A stretch of DNA of 48,235 bases from a virus (taxonomy: Duplodnaviria > Caudoviricetes). A model generated the notes under the pieces. The model saw only the letters and a list, made by a program, of their open reading frames with translations. It was not told the origin of the DNA and ran no database searches. The stretch spans positions 1-48,235 of IMG/VR virus record IMGVR_UViG_3300037962_000731; one strand, given 5' to 3'. Of the stretch, positions 43,409 through 48,235 are shown one piece after another (within the stretch, counting starts at the first letter, position 1; the number at the start of each line of letters is the position of its first letter). A program made the translations under genes and the position numbers.

Positions 43409-44469
43409 TGGCTGTTTATGTTGTTACCGGCAAACTTGGCGCGGGAAAAACCCTGGTGGCCGTGGGTAAGATTAAGGATAAGCTCAATCGCGGTTGCAAG
43501 GTCGCCACCAACCTGGACTTAAACCTCGATAAGCTCATTGGTGAAAAGCCAAAGCAAACCCTCTGCTACCGCATCCCTGATAAACCTGTCCTGGCCGATC
43601 TGGAGTCTATTGGTACCGGTACCGACTCTTACGACGAAAATAAAAACGGCTTATTAGTGCTGGATGAATGCGGCACGTGGTTCAACGCCCGATCCTGGAA
43701 CGATAAAAGCCGCCAAGACGTTATTAACTGGTTTCTCCATGCCCGAAAACTTGGATGGGACATTATTTTCCTCATTCAAGACCTGTCGATCATGGACAAG
43801 CAAGCTCGCGTAGCACTCGCAGAACACGTCGTTTACTGCCGCCGCCTGGATCGCGTCACCCTACCGTTTGTGGGCGGTATTTACTCTTTTTTCACTGGTT
43901 CAAAAGTTCCATTACCGAAAGTTCACCTCGGCATCGTGAAATATGGGGATTCCCCCCAGAGCATGACCGTCGAACGCTGGACCTACACTGGCCGCGCCCT
44001 CTACCCCGCTTACGACACCAAACAAGCCTTCTCCGACCACTACCCCCACGGCACGTACTCCATGCTGCCGCCCTGGTACACCCACGGCATGCACCGCGTA
44101 CCGCGTGACGCGAGGTTCTACATGAAGATGACCCGTATTTATTGGAAACGCTTTAACCGCCCGTTTCTCTCCCTGGCTTCGTTTGGGCTGGGCGCGTTCT
44201 TAACGGTATCGGTACTCGTCGCCGACCGTGTGAATGCTCGCGCCCAAGAACAACCCACTGCCACTCCCCAGCAACTACCCGACCTCAGCACGACCCGCAT
44301 CGCCAGCTTTAGCCAGTTTGGCGACCGCACCACCTACCGCCTCATTGATAGCAACCGCAACACGTCCACCACCGACGACCTCAGCCGCCAAGGCTTCGCC
44401 ATCGTCCCCGTGAATGCTTGCCTCGTTCGCATAGAAAATGGAGTCACCCATGAAGAAGTTCGCTGCTAA
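43408..44469 (+). CDS. zot: Zot-like assembly ATPase pI
   Basis: 'MAVYVVTGKLGAGKT', 'LLVLDECGTWFNARSWNDK.RQ', 'HARKLGWD', single TM; strongly Ff pI-like. Confidence 0.95.
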   Translation: MAVYVVTGKLGAGKTLVAVGKIKDKLNRGCKVATNLDLNLDKLIGEKPKQTLCYRIPDKPVLADLESIGTGTDSYDENKNGLLVLDECGTWFNARSWNDKSRQDVINWFLHARKLGWDIIFLIQDLSIMDKQARVALAEHVVYCRRLDRVTLPFVGGIYSFFTGSKVPLPKVHLGIVKYGDSPQSMTVERWTYTGRALYPAYDTKQAFSDHYPHGTYSMLPPWYTHGMHRVPRDARFYMKMTRIYWKRFNRPFLSLASFGLGAFLTVSVLVADRVNARAQEQPTATPQQLPDLSTTRIASFSQFGDRTTYRLIDSNRNTSTTDDLSRQGFAIVPVNACLVRIENGVTHEEVRC

Positions 44470-45871
44470 CACCGTCGCCGCCATCGCCCTGGCCACGCTC
44501 ACCAGCACCGCCCACGCCACGCCCATTCAAATGCAAGACACCGACATTCGGGACTTCGTGCGCTGGTACGTTGAACAAACCGACACCCCGTTGGCGATTC
44601 ACCCCACGGCCACCGGCACTCTCACTGTCTACGCCCCCGACGTGCCCGATCACCAGCTAGACGAATTCTTCCAGGGCGTGTTGAGTTCCCACGGCTACAC
44701 CATCCTCCCAGGCAACCCGCCCACCGTGGCACCGTCTAGCCAACAACAGCCCACGAATATGGCACCGGTGCAGGAAACGCTCGACCCCGCCGCCGCGATC
44801 ACCAACGCGCCCACGCTGACGCCACCGCCAGAACCGCAGGCGACTCATTTATTTGCCTTTGATAACGTGCGTGCTGATGATATTGCGCCGTTGGTCACCA
44901 GCTTTCTCACGCAAAACACTCAGGAAGGCACCACACCGCCACGGGTTCAGGTACTTCATGCCTCAAACGCCATACTTGCCAAGGGCCCAGAAAAGCAGCT
45001 TGAACAACTTCAAGGCTTCATCCCCCAAGTAGACGTTGCACACCCCCAGCTACTCATCCAGGCAGTGATTTTTGAAACCACCGATGGGGATACCTTCGAT
45101 CTTGGCGTAGCGCTTGGACGCACTACACCGACTACGGGTTCTCGCGTGGCAGGTGGCTTTAACACCGCCAATCTGGGAACGTCGCTAGCCTCCTCCGGTG
45201 GTACCTTCGGGATCTTCGACGGTGATATTCTGGCGTTTGCGATCAATGCCTTACAGCGTGACTCACGCTCTAACGTGTTATCCACACCGCAAATTCTCAC
45301 GCTTTCCGGTAAGCGTGGCACCATTTCCATTGGTCAGAATGTCCCGTTTGTCACGGGTCGCGTCACTGGCGAATCAGCGGACGTTAACAGCCCCTTCCAG
45401 ACCATTGAACGCCGTGACGTAGGCATACGCTTAAACGTGCTGCCGGTCGTCACCGCCTCCGGCTTAGTGATCATGGATATCACCACCTCTGCCGACTCTC
45501 TTACGGACTCGCTACTTGCGTCTGACATCATCACCAACCAGCGCCAAATCAACACCACCGTACAAATTCGCTCCGGCCAAACCCTGCTACTCGGTGGCCT
45601 CTCGTCACAAGATGACCGTTCCCAGGTCTCTGGCGTTCCAGGCCTCTCTAGCGTCCCTGTTGCCGGTCGTTTATTCCAAAACGAATCCACCTCTACCCAG
45701 CGCACCAACCTACACGTACTGCTTCAAGCCACCGTGTTACCCCGCTATGACGCGACCCAAATAAATGAACGCATACCGCCTGCCGCCAGCCCGTCACCCT
45801 ATGCGCAGCAGGGGGTGACGGGCTGGCGGCGGGAGGTCGAGACCATCCCTGTAACACGTCTCGCAGAGTAA
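44450..45871 (+). CDS. Secretin pIV
   Basis: Signal peptide, 'DIRDFVRWY', 'LSTPQILT', 'GQNVPFVTG', 'QTIERRDVG', 'PGLSSVPVAGRLF'. Confidence 0.93.
   Translation: MKKFAANTVAAIALATLTSTAHATPIQMQDTDIRDFVRWYVEQTDTPLAIHPTATGTLTVYAPDVPDHQLDEFFQGVLSSHGYTILPGNPPTVAPSSQQQPTNMAPVQETLDPAAAITNAPTLTPPPEPQATHLFAFDNVRADDIAPLVTSFLTQNTQEGTTPPRVQVLHASNAILAKGPEKQLEQLQGFIPQVDVAHPQLLIQAVIFETTDGDTFDLGVALGRTTPTTGSRVAGGFNTANLGTSLASSGGTFGIFDGDILAFAINALQRDSRSNVLSTPQILTLSGKRGTISIGQNVPFVTGRVTGESADVNSPFQTIERRDVGIRLNVLPVVTASGLVIMDITTSADSLTDSLLASDIITNQRQINTTVQIRSGQTLLLGGLSSQDDRSQVSGVPGLSSVPVAGRLFQNESTSTQRTNLHVLLQATVLPRYDATQINERIPPAASPSPYAQQGVTGWRREVETIPVTRLAE
45779..45863 (+). other. Hairpins at end of gene IV: candidate packaging signal and plus-strand origin
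   Basis: 21-bp stem 45779-45799/45813-45833 (one G-T), then CGAGAC-CATCCCTGTAACAC-GTCTCG just upstream of rep. Confidence 0.6.
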
Positions 45872-45938
45872 CAAAGAAACCCGTTAAAACAGCTCATTAC
45901 AGCACGTACCAACATTTAAAAAATTAAGGGAATAGGTC

Positions 45939-47231
45939 ATGGAACGCTGGAACCGTTACTCACTTACGTCACTGGAAAAAGGCGAGCAAGACCCGTTTGG
46001 AAAACTGTTGATTAGCTCGGCAGGTCAGCGTGAGCTTAACGAACTTCGTTTACTGAATGCAGGCGTGGACACGGTACGGCAGCTCTACCAGGGCGAGCCT
46101 TGCCTGCACCATTTCAATGAAATTATCGAGGTCTACAACGAAGGCAAAGGGGCCACCATGAACCTCTTTGACGTGGAGTGGGCAGTGGGGGCCGGTGCGG
46201 CCGGTTCCGGCTTCCGCTACCGCCTGCAAAACAATGAGCTAGGCGTGATCGTATTCTTCCAGGCACGGCACACCAAGATAGACACCATCGGAACCCACCT
46301 GAAAATTGAACTCTCTCCGCATTTCATTCAGGAGCGCAGCCCGCAGCAGTGCCAAGACTTCATGTATAACATCGCGGCACACATGCTTTCCCACGTTGAA
46401 CCGATTGGCTGTGCAATACACTTAGCGTTAGACGTACAAGGCTGGGAGCCACCCAAGGACTTTATGGAGTGCTTCGTTACCCGCTCCAAGAAGATCATGC
46501 GGATCGACGGCATCGACGACTTAGAGTTTGCTCACAACACCATTGCAACTACTTACGGACGCGGTGAAACCTACATGTTTGGCACAGCAGGCGCGCTGCA
46601 ATGCTGTATCTACAACAAGACCTTAGAAGCCAAGCACCGCGACAAAATGCACTTCTGGGAAGGCATCTGGCAAAACGCCGTCGATGACGACCTAAACGGC
46701 ACCTACAACCCAGAAGAAACCGTCTGGCGTATCGAACTGCGCTTTCATCAATCAGTGCTGAGAGAATTCGCCCAAGGCATCCCCTGCAACGTTGATACCG
46801 GCGAAGTTCTGGACGACTCCCACGGCTTTAACCGCTTCATTGATGTGGTACCGCATCTCTCCGGCCTCTGGCGTACCGCGATGCAGTCTTACCGCCTGGA
46901 TGCACGCCGTAATTTGATTGATCCCGCATGGCAAGTCATGCAGGAAGATGCCCGCTTCTACTGCCATGAGCCTGGGTTCATGTACAAACGAGCGCGCAAA
47001 GAGCCTGGGCTGGGCAATGAAAAGAACGTTACTCTCGCGTTTGGCAACCTCATTAGCATCTACGCCCGCCAAGGCTTCCGCACCCATCAAGCCGTTCGCT
47101 ACCTCCAACGCTCCGGCATTTGGGAAGACCTAGCAGAATACTACCGCCGTCGCGGGGTCGACTCCGGCCAATTCCGACAGATAGTCGAACAGAAGCTTAT
47201 AGAACGACGATTAGTAGGCAAGGCGGCGTAA
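45939..47231 (+). CDS. Rolling-circle replication initiator (Pf PA0727-like)
   Basis: 'GVDTVRQLY', 'YRLQN', 'HLKIELSPH', 'HLALDVQGW', 'IYNKT', 'VWRIELRFH'; slot before integrase. Confidence 0.85.
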   Translation: MERWNRYSLTSLEKGEQDPFGKLLISSAGQRELNELRLLNAGVDTVRQLYQGEPCLHHFNEIIEVYNEGKGATMNLFDVEWAVGAGAAGSGFRYRLQNNELGVIVFFQARHTKIDTIGTHLKIELSPHFIQERSPQQCQDFMYNIAAHMLSHVEPIGCAIHLALDVQGWEPPKDFMECFVTRSKKIMRIDGIDDLEFAHNTIATTYGRGETYMFGTAGALQCCIYNKTLEAKHRDKMHFWEGIWQNAVDDDLNGTYNPEETVWRIELRFHQSVLREFAQGIPCNVDTGEVLDDSHGFNRFIDVVPHLSGLWRTAMQSYRLDARRNLIDPAWQVMQEDARFYCHEPGFMYKRARKEPGLGNEKNVTLAFGNLISIYARQGFRTHQAVRYLQRSGIWEDLAEYYRRRGVDSGQFRQIVEQKLIERRLVGKAA

Positions 47232-47233
47232 GC

Positions 47234-48235
47234 ATGGGCATTAAGAAAGTCAAAACGGGCTGGCAAGTCGACTGCTGGCCAGCGGGTCGTTATGGCCCAA
47301 GGGTACGCCGTATTTTCAAGCAGCAATCCGTCGCTAAACGCTTCGAAGCCAAAATCATGGGGCAAGGGGCTGCCGGTGAAGATATGTCCGACCTCCGCAG
47401 CGATAAAAGGCGTCTGCTAGATCTTGTCGAGCAGTGGTACGAACACCACGGTCACACCTTGAAGAGTGCGCCGGATCGCGTTCGCTCACTCCGCAAACTC
47501 GCCAACGCCCTGGGCAACCCACTCGCTAAAAAATTCACGGCCCAGCAGTGGGTCGAGTACCGCGCCCAACGGCTAAAGGAAGTCAAAGCCAACACCATCA
47601 ACCACGAACACACCTATCTAACCGCGGTGTTTTCAGAGTTAGAGCGCTTATCGCTGTGGCCACACGGCAACCCGATGCAAAAAGTCCGTAAGGTACGCAC
47701 CGACGAAACCGAAAAAGGCTACCTCGACAGCTACCAGATCGCACGGCTACTCGACCACCTCCGCGCCCAGGAGACTGACGACTGCTATTACATCACCGTG
47801 ATATGCCTCTCGACCGGCGCACGCTGGGGCGAAGCCCAAACACTTCGAGCGGAAAACGTCCGTCAGGATCGCATCGTCTTTGTGGGTACCAAGTCAGGCA
47901 AAACCCGCACCGTCCCCATCGACCCCGACTTGGCCAAGCAGCTACGCCAGCGACGAAAGCTCGGACGCCTATTCGGCAACCGCTACAAAGCTTTTGCCCG
48001 CGTCATTAAAGAACTCAAGATAGAACTACCGGAAGGACAGTTAACCCACGTACTACGTCACACGTTTGCGAGTTACTTTATGATGAACGGGGGAAACATC
48101 CTGGTGCTGCAACAAATACTTGGTCATCAGTCGATCACCATGACCATGCGTTACGCACACTTTGCACCGGATCACCTGGAGGAAGCGACCAAGTACAATC
48201 CCCTGGCTATGTCTACCGCTGTAGACACTTTGTAG
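47234..48235 (+). CDS. int: Tyrosine integrase
   Basis: 'TGARWGE', 'TKSGK', 'HVLRHTFAS', 'LGHQS', 'MRYAH'. Confidence 0.95.
   Translation: MGIKKVKTGWQVDCWPAGRYGPRVRRIFKQQSVAKRFEAKIMGQGAAGEDMSDLRSDKRRLLDLVEQWYEHHGHTLKSAPDRVRSLRKLANALGNPLAKKFTAQQWVEYRAQRLKEVKANTINHEHTYLTAVFSELERLSLWPHGNPMQKVRKVRTDETEKGYLDSYQIARLLDHLRAQETDDCYYITVICLSTGARWGEAQTLRAENVRQDRIVFVGTKSGKTRTVPIDPDLAKQLRQRRKLGRLFGNRYKAFARVIKELKIELPEGQLTHVLRHTFASYFMMNGGNILVLQQILGHQSITMTMRYAHFAPDHLEEATKYNPLAMSTAVDTL

Larger units (their letters stand above)
37096..48235 (+). mobile_element. Integrated filamentous prophage (inovirus)
   Basis: Repressor-xis-SSB-pVII-pIX-pVIII-pIII-pVI-pI-pIV-Rep-Int; tRNA att at left; right att expected just beyond the window. 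Confidence 0.95.

Noticed and set aside
43408-44469. Zot as an enterotoxin
   Set aside because: Sequence and context are those of the inovirus assembly ATPase; nothing here supports toxin activity

Overview
The window holds two adjacent prophages in a GC-rich gammaproteobacterial background. (1) 1-36991 is a nearly complete Mu-like transposable prophage with a non-contractile (siphovirus-type) tail. It carries an XRE/S24 repressor, ner, DDE transposase A, ATPase B, early genes, gemA, mor, lysis genes, terminase, portal, MuF, protease I/scaffold Z, capsid T, tail genes and com plus an adenine methylase. Its right end has paired transposase-binding repeats and ends in CA; the left end lies outside the window. 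(2) About 37096-48235 is an integrated filamentous phage (inovirus) bounded by a duplicated 3' half of tRNA-Thr(UGU). It carries two AT-rich cargo genes, repressor, excisionase, ssDNA-binding protein, pVII/pIX/pVIII/pIII/pVI, Zot-like pI, its own secretin pIV, Rep and a tyrosine integrase. The most notable signals are non-coding: a complete type II hammerhead ribozyme in the early operon; a pseudoknot-capable ~84-nt RNA directly after a MuF protein with a C-terminal RNase-like domain, where an immunity gene would be expected; a Mu-mom-style translation-inhibition hairpin over the methylase start; a structured element upstream of com; and signs that the Mu-like phage inserted into the end of a third integrase element. 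All family assignments come from recognising motifs and synteny by eye; no database searches were run.
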